Shown here: piece after piece, positions 42,747 through 53,051 of the stretch
How positions within the stretch are numbered: the stretch's first letter is position 1
How the letters are laid out: every line of letters begins with the position of its first letter
Source: an uncultured Gemmatimonadales bacterium
Lineage (GTDB): Bacteria; Gemmatimonadota; Gemmatimonadetes; Gemmatimonadales; GWC2-71-9
Length of the DNA: 64,000 bases
Assembly (NCBI GenBank): GCA_963821525.1
Contig: CAWGED010000010.1
Coordinates: 96,001-160,000, forward strand
Reading direction: 5' to 3'
Position numbers and translations under genes: made by a program
The notes under the pieces: generated by a model
Seen by the model: only the letters and a program-made list of their open reading frames with translations
Database searches by the model: none
What the model was told of the DNA's origin: nothing

Positions 42747-43088
42747 ATGAGCGATTCATTCCGGACCTATGTTCTCGAGCAACTGAGGCGAGTCAGGCCG
42801 GACGTTCGGCATCGCAGCATGTTTGGCGGGGTCGGCATCTATGCCGGCGATCTTTTCTTCGCGCTCATCGACGAAGACACGCTCTACTTCAAGGTGGATG
42901 ACTCGAATCGTTCCGCCTTTGAGGAGCGGGGGCTGGGTCCGTTCATGCCTTATGGACCTTCGGGCGAGGTTATGCAGTACTACGAGGTACCGGCTGACCT
43001 TCTCGAGGACCCTGAAGCATTGAGTTCCTGGGCCGAGCAGGCGATCGAGGTTGCCCGTAACAAACGCACCAGAAAGCGGCAGCGCTGA
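42747..43088 (+). CDS. TfoX N-terminal domain protein
   Basis: RSMFGGVGIY, LYFKVD, MQYYEVP. Confidence 0.9.
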   Translation: MSDSFRTYVLEQLRRVRPDVRHRSMFGGVGIYAGDLFFALIDEDTLYFKVDDSNRSAFEERGLGPFMPYGPSGEVMQYYEVPADLLEDPEALSSWAEQAIEVARNKRTRKRQR

Positions 43089-43104
43089 TTGGAGGCTCTA
43101 TCTC

Positions 43105-43539
43105 ATGACAGCCAAAACCATTACCAGCCCAAACGTGAAGCAGGCGGTCCCCTTCTTCATGGTCACCGACATCGAAGCCTCGCTGCGGTTCTATGTTGAC
43201 GGCCTGGGTGCCGTGATGACCAACCACTGGATACCCGAAGGACACATCGAATGGTGCTGGCTTCAAATGGGCAACGCCGCGCTAATGCTACAGGAATACC
43301 GGCAACGCGAGCACCACGCCGGCAGGCCCGATGGCCCCCTCGGCCAGGGCGTCTCGGTCTGCTTCATGTGCGCCGACGCCCTCACGATCTATCACGAGCT
43401 GATTGCTCGCGGCATCGGCGCCCAGCGTCCCTTCGTCGGAAACGGACTGTGGGTCACATCGGTCCAGGACCCGGACGGCTATCGCCTGGACTTCGAAAGC
43501 CCAACTGATGTGCCGGAAGAGACGGTATACCAAGGCTAG
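43105..43539 (+). CDS. VOC family protein
   Basis: VTDIEASLRFYVDGLG...DPDGYRLDF. Confidence 0.88.
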   Translation: MTAKTITSPNVKQAVPFFMVTDIEASLRFYVDGLGAVMTNHWIPEGHIEWCWLQMGNAALMLQEYRQREHHAGRPDGPLGQGVSVCFMCADALTIYHELIARGIGAQRPFVGNGLWVTSVQDPDGYRLDFESPTDVPEETVYQG

Positions 43540-44379
43540 CTACGCCGCCTTCTTCACTGCGGATACCTGCGCCATCCGCGGCATGATGGCGACCACCGTT
43601 TCGTCCACCGCCGCGATCTCCATCGAAAGCAGCACATTGCGTAACGCCTGGGGAGTGAGAAGCCCGGCCTCGACCAGCGCAGGTCCAGCCTCCGCGACCG
43701 ACAGCTCCAACAGGCGCTTCTCCTCCCCGCGCGCAAAGGCCGGCTGGTTGAACGCGATATCGGGCGACGAAAAGCCCGCCGCCATCACCATCTGATACAG
43801 CCGGCGACCCAGCGTGTAGTCCACCTGCCGCGCCTGGCCCAGGGCGTTGAAGAGCTCCGCGAAGGCGCCGAGCGCAGACGGCGGCTCACTTCCCGCAGAA
43901 GTCAGGTCTCCATCCTCGCAGACCAGGATGCCGCCCGGCCGGAGCAGGCGATGCATCTCACCCAGCGCGGCTTCCGGTTCCACCAGGTGCAGCAGCAGAT
44001 ACCGGCAATAAACCAGATCGAACGAACCACTCGGCAACCTGGTTGAAAGGGCACTGGCCTCAACCCAGGAGACGTTTGCCAGCTGGAGTTGGTGGGCCAG
44101 CCGATGCGCCTCCGCCAGTTGCGCCCGGCTCACATCTACCCCGACCACGTGCCCCTTCACCCCGATAAGCTCCGCAAGATCGACCGTCACCTGTCCTACT
44201 CCGCAGCCGATATCGGCTACCCGCATTCCCGGCTTCAAACCGGCGAGCCCCAGAAAACGGCGCGTACCGGGACCATAGGCCCGATGCAGGACTCGAAGGC
44301 GATCCGCTCCAGCCTCTCCAGTGCCGAGCACATAGCGATCGACTTCGGCTGCTACTTCTTCCAATGCATCCACCGACAT
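43540..44379 (-). CDS. class I SAM-dependent methyltransferase
   Basis: VADIGCGVG, FDLVYCR, LRPGG. Confidence 0.9.
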   Translation of the reverse strand: MSVDALEEVAAEVDRYVLGTGEAGADRLRVLHRAYGPGTRRFLGLAGLKPGMRVADIGCGVGQVTVDLAELIGVKGHVVGVDVSRAQLAEAHRLAHQLQLANVSWVEASALSTRLPSGSFDLVYCRYLLLHLVEPEAALGEMHRLLRPGGILVCEDGDLTSAGSEPPSALGAFAELFNALGQARQVDYTLGRRLYQMVMAAGFSSPDIAFNQPAFARGEEKRLLELSVAEAGPALVEAGLLTPQALRNVLLSMEIAAVDETVVAIMPRMAQVSAVKKAA

Positions 44380-44554
44380 GACTACCTCCCATGATGAGGG
44401 GGAAGGATGTGGTCATGTACCGGGTCATTGGATCGGTGAGCAGACCTAGTCCGCTGTCAGCCTTCGTCCTACACGTATTCGCGACCAATCCTGGAGCTGC
44501 CGAACCCGGGCGCCGGTCGGTAGCTTGCGTCACCCAACATCCGACAAGGAATCG

Positions 44555-45772
44555 ATGCGTCCTGGCCTTTCTTTGGGTCTCGCGATCCTCATCGCGAGCT
44601 GCCATTCGGGTCCGGCGAGTACACCTCCACCCATCGCGACCGCCAGCCGGTATCTCTTTGTGTGGGCCGGGGACAAGGACAAGCAGCAGAGCGACTTCCT
44701 CGCCGTCATCGACATCGATCCCCGAAGCCCGACCTACGCCACCGTGCTGAAGACCGTCCCGGTCGGTGCCACAGGGACGATGGCTCACCATACCGAATAC
44801 GAAATGCCGGCGGACGGGATCCTCTGGGCGAGCGGGTTCATGGCGGGCCAGACCTACCTCTTCGACCTGCGCGACCCCACGAGCCCCAGGCTGCTCACCT
44901 CCTTCGGCGATGTGGGGCCGATGAGCCATCCGCACAGTTACTCGCGCCTCCCTAATGGGCACATCCTCGCCACCTTCCAGCACAAAATCGGTGGCGGGAC
45001 CGGGGGACTGGTCGAATTCGACTCGGTGGGACGAGTTGTCCGAACGGCTGAAGCTGCCGTCCCCGCGATCGACTCCACGATCCGGCCCTACAGCCTGGCG
45101 GTCCTCCCGGCGTTGGACCGGGTCGTGACCACCGCCAGCGACATGCATCTGTCGGTGCGGAGTCGAGCGGTGCAGGTGTGGCGGCTCTCGGACTTGAAGC
45201 TGTTACAGACGATCCTGCTGCCGCCGGGTCCGCGGGGTGACGAGAACTGGCTCACGGCCGAGCCGCGGGTGCTGTCCGATGGCCGCACGGTGCTGGTGAA
45301 CACCTTTACCTGCGGCTTGTATCGGATCGATGGGCTGGCCAGTGATTCGGCGACAGCGACGTGGGTGTATTCCACCCAATGGAGTGTTGATCGAATCTTT
45401 TGCGCAGTGCCGGTCGTAGCGGGGCGCTACTGGTTGCAACCGAGCGGACCGGAGCACGCAGTCGTGAGCCTGGACGTGTCCGACCCGAGTCATCCCCGTG
45501 AGGTCAGCAGACTCACGCTCGGGGCAAACGAGATCCCTCACTGGCTCGGCCTCGAGGCGGGTGGGGATCGGGTCGTAATCACCGGATACCGGGAGCTGGA
45601 GTCGCGAGTTGTGCTGGCCCACGTGGACCGCGCGACTGGTGCCCTGAGTCTCGATACGACGTTCAAGTCGCCCGGAGCCCAGAGAGTGGGCCTGGATCTC
45701 GGTCTGGTGCAGTGGCCTCACGGTCCCTCCGGACCCGCAATCCCGCACGGCGCGGTGTTCAGCAGGCCCTGA
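44555..45772 (+). CDS. SBP56-like beta-propeller lipoprotein
   Basis: IASC lipobox; YLFVWAGD...DFLAVID..P.SPTY, AHH, HPHS, PHW, PHG. Confidence 0.75.
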   Translation: MRPGLSLGLAILIASCHSGPASTPPPIATASRYLFVWAGDKDKQQSDFLAVIDIDPRSPTYATVLKTVPVGATGTMAHHTEYEMPADGILWASGFMAGQTYLFDLRDPTSPRLLTSFGDVGPMSHPHSYSRLPNGHILATFQHKIGGGTGGLVEFDSVGRVVRTAEAAVPAIDSTIRPYSLAVLPALDRVVTTASDMHLSVRSRAVQVWRLSDLKLLQTILLPPGPRGDENWLTAEPRVLSDGRTVLVNTFTCGLYRIDGLASDSATATWVYSTQWSVDRIFCAVPVVAGRYWLQPSGPEHAVVSLDVSDPSHPREVSRLTLGANEIPHWLGLEAGGDRVVITGYRELESRVVLAHVDRATGALSLDTTFKSPGAQRVGLDLGLVQWPHGPSGPAIPHGAVFSRP

Positions 45773-45801
45773 GTCGCAGACAAGAGGATAGAGGTGAGCT
45801 G

Positions 45802-46605
45802 ATGGCGAATCGGGTGGATCTCTTCGACAGCACCTACAGCAACTTCACCGAAGAGGTGCTGGACGCGATTCGGAAGGAGACTTTCGGCACCGACATCGGG
45901 CAGAACAGCTGGCTCACGGTTGACGAGTATGAGCGCTGGCTCCCCTGGCTCAACCTGAACGGGAAGAGCTATCTCCTCGAGATCGCCAGTGGTTCAGGCG
46001 GCCCGGCGCGTTATGTCGCTCGCAGTACGGGTTGTCACGTAATCGGCATCGATGCGAACGAGAGTGGCGTGGCCACCGCTTCACAGCTCGCCGCCGAGTC
46101 GGGCGATAGCGACCGGGTCAGCTTCAGAGTCGCCGATGCCACCGCTCCCCTGCCCTTCGTCCAGGGCTCCTTCGATGCGCTGCTCTGCATCGATTCCATG
46201 AATCACTTCCCCAATCGGCTGGCCGTCTTCCGGGAGTGGGCTCGCGTCCTCCGTCCCGGCGGTCGCGCGATCTTCACGGATCCGGTCCTCATCACCGGCC
46301 CGGTGACCAACGACGAGCTCGCCGGACGCAGCTCGATCGGGCTCTTCCTCTTCGTGCCACCCGGGGTCAACGAGCGATTGATCAAGGAGGCGGGCTTCCA
46401 TTTGGTGCGCCAGGAGGACGTCACCGCGAACGCGGCCCTGGTTTCCGGTCGCTGGCGCGACGCGCGAGCGGCGCATCGGACCGACCTGGTCCAGATCGAG
46501 GGCGAGGAGCGATTCGAGGGCCTGCAGAAATTCTTCGCCGCAGTACACCAGCTCACCAGTGAACGGCGCTTGTCGCGCATTCTCTACCTGGTGGAAAAAC
46601 CGTAA
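45802..46605 (+). CDS. class I SAM-dependent methyltransferase
   Basis: LEIASGSGG, FDALLCID, LRPGG. Confidence 0.9.
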   Translation: MANRVDLFDSTYSNFTEEVLDAIRKETFGTDIGQNSWLTVDEYERWLPWLNLNGKSYLLEIASGSGGPARYVARSTGCHVIGIDANESGVATASQLAAESGDSDRVSFRVADATAPLPFVQGSFDALLCIDSMNHFPNRLAVFREWARVLRPGGRAIFTDPVLITGPVTNDELAGRSSIGLFLFVPPGVNERLIKEAGFHLVRQEDVTANAALVSGRWRDARAAHRTDLVQIEGEERFEGLQKFFAAVHQLTSERRLSRILYLVEKP

Positions 46606-46627
46606 CCCTTGGATGCAGGATCACCCC

Positions 46628-47422
46628 ATGTCTGGTTCCGCGCTTGGCGCCCCCTGGATGTACTACCGGCGCTCCTGGTTGATCGCCCTGCCGATTGCAG
46701 TCGCATCCGCCTGTTCACACTCCGAGCCCGCGACCGTGGTGCCCGGCGTCGCCGTCCAGGTGGACCGGACACCGGGACCCGACACCGTGGTCTATGCCCG
46801 TTCGATAACTCGCGCCGGTCAGGATAGCGCGAGCGGTACTCGCACCGTCGTGCGACAGGTGATTCAGGGTACGGGTGGTACCCGGCTGCTGGAAGTGGAA
46901 CAGCGGTTCCCCGCCGGTGGCGGCGAGATCGTGGATACGGCTGTCGCCGATCTCAACACCATGCGCGCCGTGTCGCACCGCTCTCATCAGCCGACTCGCA
47001 CGATGCAGTTCACCTTCGTGGGAGACAGTGCCGTGGGAACGGTGTCGACCGCCAAGGGAGACTCCGCACCTCGGGTCGAGTCGGTTCGGCAAGGACTCGG
47101 CGGCCCGATCTTCGACTCCAATGTGATCGACCTGGTCGTCGCCGCACTCCCGCTTCATCCCCAGTTCGCCACCGAGCTGCCCTTCTTCATTTACGAGAAA
47201 GGCGGCCGGGTTCCGATGGCGGTCGAGGTACGCGAGCGTACGTCGGTCCAGTTCTCCAAACTGGGACCGCGCGACGTCTGGGTCGTGACCGTCGCCGTAC
47301 CGGGAGCGCCCGCGACGGTCTGGGTTGATACCCAAACCCGTGCCGTCCTCCGGGTCCGTTACGACATCAGCGATCGGAATCTGAGTTTCACCGACGAGCG
47401 GATAACGCCGCTGGCCGGGTAA
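46628..47422 (+). CDS. hypothetical lipoprotein (beta-rich, DUF3108-like)
   Basis: ASAC lipobox; AALPL, TVWVD. Confidence 0.65.
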   Translation: MSGSALGAPWMYYRRSWLIALPIAVASACSHSEPATVVPGVAVQVDRTPGPDTVVYARSITRAGQDSASGTRTVVRQVIQGTGGTRLLEVEQRFPAGGGEIVDTAVADLNTMRAVSHRSHQPTRTMQFTFVGDSAVGTVSTAKGDSAPRVESVRQGLGGPIFDSNVIDLVVAALPLHPQFATELPFFIYEKGGRVPMAVEVRERTSVQFSKLGPRDVWVVTVAVPGAPATVWVDTQTRAVLRVRYDISDRNLSFTDERITPLAG

Positions 47423-47785
47423 GAGACAAGCCACGGAGGATCCATGAAGACCAGCTTGATCGCCAGCCTGCTCCTGCCGGCACTACCGATGGTCTCCGAT
47501 TCACTAAGCACTCAGGAGATGGCCATCCAGTGCTCGGCGTTGCCTGCGGCCGTACCGAAGGCATTGCTTGCCCAGAAAGACAAGACTCCGAAGGAGTGTA
47601 CTTCGGAGCGTGACAACGGGCAGACCTACTGCGAAGCTTCGTACGTGATCGACGGCCATTCCAAGGACCTGTTATTCGATACCACGGGAGCGGTCAGGGT
47701 ACCTTGGTGGCATACGAGGCCCACGTAAGCCGAAAACTGGAAGATGAGTTTCACCGACGAGCGGGTAACGCCACTGGCCGGGTAA
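47382..47785 (+). repeat. 41-bp direct repeat (47382-47422 and 47745-47785) duplicating a gene 3' end
   Basis: TGAGTTTCACCGACGAGCGG[A/G]TAACGCC[G/A]CTGGCCGGGTAA, 39/41 identical. Confidence 0.9.
47444..47728 (+). pseudogene. short secreted PepSY-like protein, probably truncated
   Basis: GGAGG RBS, signal peptide, LPAAV, DLLFDTTG; lies between the 41-bp repeats. Confidence 0.45.
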
Positions 47786-47797
47786 CGAGTACTAGAA

Positions 47798-48190
47798 ATG
47801 AATCTCAATCAGGTGACACTTCCGGCGGTGGACGTTGGTCCTTCCGTGGACTTTTACCGCCGGCTCGGCCTTCGCCTGATCGTCGAGGATCTGCCCCGCT
47901 ATGCGCGTTTCGAGCTCCCCGACGGCGAGAGCACCCTATCGATCGAGCAGGTGTCCGAGGCCACAGCAGGCCATGGGCCTGTGGTCTACTTCGAGTGCGA
48001 GGATCTGGATCAGACCGTCCACCGGCTCAGAGCGAAGGGAGTCGAATTCGACAGTCTGCCCCTTGATCAGCCGTGGCTATGGCGAGAGGCTCGGCTGCGG
48101 GATCCTGGGGGAAATACCCTCTGCCTGTATTGGGCTGGCCGAAATCGCCGCTACCCACCATGGCGGCTAGCAGGAGAGAGCCGGGAATAA
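47798..48190 (+). CDS. VOC family protein
   Basis: LNQVTLP, FYRRLG, QPWLWREARLRDPGGN. Confidence 0.9.
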   Translation: MNLNQVTLPAVDVGPSVDFYRRLGLRLIVEDLPRYARFELPDGESTLSIEQVSEATAGHGPVVYFECEDLDQTVHRLRAKGVEFDSLPLDQPWLWREARLRDPGGNTLCLYWAGRNRRYPPWRLAGESRE

Positions 48191-48263
48191 ACTCATCGCC
48201 CCGTGAGTCATGTCGGGTGGACGCACTTCGCATCCACTCGAACCTGTAAGGGGGGATATTCCC

Positions 48264-49364
48264 GTGTCGTTTGTCGCACTGTCGTTCCACCTTGTCACAC
48301 TGGCCGCATCGAGCATCGCTCCATCGCCCGCCGAGATCCAGGTGCAACTGTCGGAATGGAAAATCCAATTGTCCGCGGCTTCGGTCCCTGCGGGACCGGT
48401 GCGCTTCATCGTCCATAATGGTGGCAGCATTCCTCACGGCTTCGAGGTCGAAGGTCGCGGGTTGGAGAAGGAGATCGAGCTCATCCAGCCCGGGGCCAGC
48501 GACACTCTGGAACTCCAGCTCGAGACGGGGAGTTATGAGATCTATTGCCCGGTCGGCGGTGTTAGTCACAAGAACCTCGGCATGGAGACCGGCCTCACGG
48601 TAACCGGAGCCAGCGCCGGGGCGGCGATGAAGGCGGACGAATCGATGAAAGCAGCATGAGGCGATGAAGCCGAGGGCAATGAGGCCGGGTGAGCGATGGC
48701 TATGTCTTCCACGAAGGCGATTGCCGTCGAGGGCGGTGGTCCGGTCATCCAGATCCTTCCCGGCCCCTTCCCCTTCCCCGACAGCGCGGCGCCGGTCCTC
48801 AAGGCCTTCGGCGATGAGCGTGAGGGACTCGAGTCTCAGGTGAAGAGTGGGCCCTATTCCAATAATGTCACGCCGATCTCAGGACGATTCAGCTTCACCG
48901 CCTGGGATCTCGGCTCAAGCCGTGACTCGGTGGATGGCAACGCGACTTTCGTGACGAAGGACGGAAGCCATTGGCGGCTCCGGCTGGACCGGGTACAGAC
49001 AAAGGATGTCCCACATCACCCTCGGTTCGGAGGCGTGATCATGGGACTCTACTACCACGGGAATACCCAGGTTCACACCCCGCTGGTCCCGACCATCAAC
49101 AGCAAAGTGGCGCTCTGGGCCGTCGGGCATCTCTACCGTGACGACACCCTGGTGACCGACAACGCCCAGGTGCACGTGATGTTGCTCTCCCGCACCCGCC
49201 GCCCCGGCAATTGGGCGCTCGACTGCTGGGACTGCTCTCGTAATCCAATTGAGGAGCTACAGCTCCAGATCCTGCCTGGTCCAGGCGAGCCGAAGTTCGA
49301 TGCGCCGGGCGGGTTCCTGTTTGTGAACTGGGAGAAGTCCAGCGCGAACGTGCCGGCCAATTAG
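48264..49364 (+). CDS. secreted cupredoxin plus uncharacterised C-terminal domain (one gene or two; TGA stops in the linker)
   Basis: PHGF...YCPVGGVSHKNLGM type-1 Cu motif; ORFs 48210-48659 and 48696-49364 share a frame. Confidence 0.7.
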
Positions 49365-49372
49365 GCGGGCGG

Positions 49373-50018
49373 GTGGGTCTCCCAGCCGTGCTGCCGATGC
49401 CGGACATTTCAGCCGCAACGAACCACCGCCCCGTCTCGCATTTGCGCGGCAGGGCGGTGGCAACATCGTCCCGGCCGGGAGAACGGTTGATTCAAAGCCC
49501 GCCCACCCGATTCGAAGCGCTGGTGCTGCCGCACCTCGACGCCGCCTACACCCTGGCGCGCTATCTCATGCGTGACACTCATGACGCGGAGGACGCGACC
49601 CAGGAGGCGATGCTCAAGGCACTCAGGAACGTCGACCAGTGTCGCAGCGATGACGCGCGACCCTGGCTCTTGGCCATCATTCGCAACACGTGCCACACCC
49701 ATCTGCGCCGACGCGGCGACCGCTGCCGGGGAGATGTCTCCTTCGATGAAACTTGCACAGCCGCTGAAGGAGACGCCCGTCAGCCCGATACGGCGCTGAT
49801 CCGTGCCGCTGACGCGGAGCGGTGCACCGGCGCTCGCTGCGTTCCCACTCGTCTTTCGCGAAGTGGTCGTGCTGCGTGAACTGCAGGGCCTTTCCTATAG
49901 GGAGATCGCCGAGGTGGCGGATGTGCCGGTCGGCACGGTGATGTCTCGCCTGGGCCGGGCGCCGAGACCGGTTGGAGCTGTTACTCGGCGGAGCAGCGGG
50001 GAAGGAGGGACGGGATGA
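49373..50018 (+). CDS. ECF sigma factor (frameshifted; start uncertain)
   Basis: LPHLDAAYTLARYL, DAEDATQEA, WLLAIIRN; LSYREIAEVADVPVGTVMSRL in another frame. Confidence 0.85.
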
Positions 50019-50806
50019 ACTGCGACGACGTGCGGGTCCGGTTGGACGCCACGGGTGGATGACGAGCTGGCGGCGGGAGAGCGGCGGAGTCGACGCCCAT
50101 GTGGGGCGTGCGCCGACTGCAAGGCCCTCCAGGAACGAAGGATCGCATTCGCGAGGTGCTCGCGCGCGAGCTGCCCCGGTTCTCGAAGCGCCCGACACCC
50201 TGCGCCAGCGAATTGGAGTGCGGTCGGCGCGAGAGGCGACCGAAGGCACATGAGCGGGCGACGAGGCGGATAAGCCGCGGCTGGGGGCCTCGCCCTGGCG
50301 GCGAGTCTCGCGATTGTCGCGGCAGGAAGCTGGCAGCTGGCGACCACACGGGCGAATGCCGAGATGTTGACCCAAACGGTGCTGGAGAGTCACATCCGGT
50401 CGCTGATCGGCGAGCATCTCACCGACGTCGCGAGCAGCGATCTGCATACCGTGAAACCCTGGTTCAATGGCCGGCTGGACTTTTCGCCTCCGGTCTACGA
50501 CTTCGCCGGCCGGGGATATCCCCTTTTGGGCGGGCGGTTGGAGTACGTCGGCGAGCGGAAAGTGGCCGCCCTGGTCTACGGGCGCCGCAAGCACGTCATC
50601 AACGTCTTCCTCTGGCCGGCCGACGCCGGTATGGCACAAGGGCCCCCGGCCTCGACTCGCCACGGCTATCACCTGCTGCACTGGAATGGGCCCGACTTCA
50701 CCTACTGGGTTGTATCCGACCTTGGTACCACGGAGCTGCAGGAATTCGCCGGGCTCCTGAAGGATGCCGACTCGGCGGCGGCGGCGCTCTGCCAACGAGC
50801 CAATGA
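50015..50806 (+). CDS. zinc-finger anti-sigma factor (frameshifted)
   Basis: MNCDDV, H...CADC, TM, SSDLHTVKPWFNGRLDFSPPV, GGRL. Confidence 0.85.
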
Positions 50807-51569
50807 TGCTAAGGCGTCGGGAATTCCTGGCTCTGGCGGCCGGAAGCGTGGCGGCCGCCCCACTCTGTGGGCGGACGATCTCTCAGGCCTCGGTCGCGCC
50901 GAGGGTCAAAGCCCTCACGTTCGACGCCTTTGCGATCTTCGACCTTCGCCCGGTCTTCGCGCTGGCAGACAGCTCTTGTCCGGCCATGGGGACCGAGTTG
51001 AGCAATGCCTGGCGAATCAGGCAATTCGAGTACCAGTGGCTCCGTGCTTGGCGGGTCGTACGCCGATGTTCGGCGGACCACCGAGGATGCATTGGCCTTT
51101 GCCGCGAACCAGTTGAGGCTCGATCTCACGTGGGAAAAGCGCGAGCACCTGATGCAGGCGTATCTGGAGCTGACCGCCTGGCCCGATGTCCGTCCCGCCC
51201 TGCTGTCCCTTCGGCGGGCTGGTATCCGGCTGGCAGTCCTCTCGAACGCAACGACGGAGATTCTCGACGCTGGAATCAGGAACCAGAGCTGGAAGGAATC
51301 TTCGAGCAGGTCCTGAGCGTCGACCGACTCCGAACGTTTAAGCCTCGTCCCCGAGCCTATCAGGCGGCAATCGATGCGTTGGGACTCCCCAGCCAGCAAA
51401 TTGGCTACGTGGCGTATGCCGGTTGGGATGCGGCGGGAGCGAAGTGGTTCGGCTATCCGACCTCTGGGTCAATCGGCTGAACCTGCCGGTCGAAGAGCTC
51501 GGCGCCCCGCCTGACGGAATTGGGAGCGACCTGGATGACCTGGTCCATTTCGTTGGCGTCAGCTCCTGA
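50803..51569 (+). CDS. haloacid dehalogenase type II-like HAD with Tat-like leader (frameshifted)
   Basis: RRREFL leader; FDAFAIFD, LSN, FKP, WDAAGAKWFG. Confidence 0.8.
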
Positions 51570-51639
51570 GACCCGGCCGGTCACCCTTCAGCGTTCGTCA
51601 AGCGTCTCCGAACCTCGTGTCGGTGCAGGGATCGGCGGC

Positions 51640-52125
51640 TCAGGTGCCGCCGTCGAGCCGGTACTCGAGGTCGTAGCTGTGGGTCTTGCCTTCGATAATG
51701 ATCGTCATAGTGCCGGTGATCCCGGCCAACTCGCCCGTCCCCGACTCCGGCACCACGCTGACGTCCATCTTGTAGTTGGCGCCTCGGCTCATCGTTCCCC
51801 GGTGCATCAACAGAAAACTCCCCTGCTTCCCGTTGAGTGTGCCGGTCACCAGCTCCAAGGCAACGTAGGCCCCCGAGCCCTCCACCCCCTCCGCCTGAGC
51901 ACCGAGCATCTGGCCCTTGCTGCTGCCGTCGAGTTCGCCGTGGAACTGCTTGGCGAGAACGAGATGGCCGATTGGGCCTCCGGCACTGTCGGCAGCCGGG
52001 ATGGGCGTGACCTTGACGTCGAAGGATCCGCGAGCATGCATGCTGGTCTCTCCGGAGGTAATTCGAGGGGCTTGCTGGCCGGCCAGGTCGCCGAGCGCCA
52101 ATCCGGCGCCGAGCCACCCGATCAT
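51640..52125 (-). CDS. DUF3224 family protein
   Basis: ARGSFDV, GAYVALE, VVPESGTGELAGI. Confidence 0.88.
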   Translation of the reverse strand: MIGWLGAGLALGDLAGQQAPRITSGETSMHARGSFDVKVTPIPAADSAGGPIGHLVLAKQFHGELDGSSKGQMLGAQAEGVEGSGAYVALELVTGTLNGKQGSFLLMHRGTMSRGANYKMDVSVVPESGTGELAGITGTMTIIIEGKTHSYDLEYRLDGGT

Positions 52126-52237
52126 GACGCATAACCCTTCGCCTGGTTTGAGTTAACATACTGATCCCTTGAGTTCACGTTGTAGACCCATGATAGGGCC
52201 CGTGCCTCCGCCGGGTCTTGCAGAAACGCGACGCGAC

Positions 52238-53047
52238 ATGATTCGCCGCAAGGCAGAGCCCGCGAGGGGTGTCCTCAAGACCGCCGTGGTCGAGCCCCGG
52301 GGCCTCCGGCACGAGCGCTTCCATCCCTCGAGCGACCTGGACACCTGGGTCGAGCACTTCTGGGTGGTGGCTTGGGACTTTGGCGACGCGGGTCCCCAGC
52401 GGGTGGAGACGCTCCCCCACCCCAGCGTCCACATGATCTTCGAAGACGGGAAGAGCAGGATCAGCGGTATCGCGCGGGCCAGGTTTACCCGGATGCTGGA
52501 GGGGAGAGGCGGCGTGTTCGCGGTCAAGTTCCGGCCGGGAGGGTTCTATCCCTTCGCCGGCTTTCCTATCTCCAGCCTATCGGACAGGACGGTGGAGCTG
52601 GCGGAGGTCTTCGGTGCGGATGGTGAGAAGCTCGATCGCGCGGTGCTCGCGGAGGGCACCGACGACGGGCGCGTCGCCGTAATCGAGACATTTCTCCGTA
52701 ATCGCCGCCCTGCACCGGACGAGAACGTGACGCGACTCTCGGAGATGGTCTACGCCGTGGCCCGGGAGCGGGGGATCCTCAAGGTGGAGGACCTGGTCCA
52801 GCGGTACGGCGTCAACAAGCGCACCCTCCAGCGCCTGTTCGCCAAGTATGTCGGAGTAAGCCCCAAATGGGTAATCCAGCGGTACCGCCTGCACGAAGCG
52901 GCGGAACGGCTCGCGGCAGACAGAGAAGTCGGCCAGGCCGCGCTGGCACTGAGCCTGGGTTACACCGACCAGGCTCACTTCGTGAGGGATTTCAAGGCCA
53001 CCGTCGGCACCTCGCCGGCCGCCTACGCCCGGGCGCGCGGGAGCTGA
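52238..53047 (+). CDS. AraC family regulator
   Basis: RTLQRLFAKYVGVSPK, GYTDQAHFVRDFK. Confidence 0.92.
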   Translation: MIRRKAEPARGVLKTAVVEPRGLRHERFHPSSDLDTWVEHFWVVAWDFGDAGPQRVETLPHPSVHMIFEDGKSRISGIARARFTRMLEGRGGVFAVKFRPGGFYPFAGFPISSLSDRTVELAEVFGADGEKLDRAVLAEGTDDGRVAVIETFLRNRRPAPDENVTRLSEMVYAVARERGILKVEDLVQRYGVNKRTLQRLFAKYVGVSPKWVIQRYRLHEAAERLAADREVGQAALALSLGYTDQAHFVRDFKATVGTSPAAYARARGS

Positions 53048-53051
53048 CCGG

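Noticed and set aside
48657..48692. Selenocysteine readthrough of two TGA codons
   Set aside because: Low-complexity linker, no Cys-equivalent context and no evident SECIS; indels are the simpler explanation.
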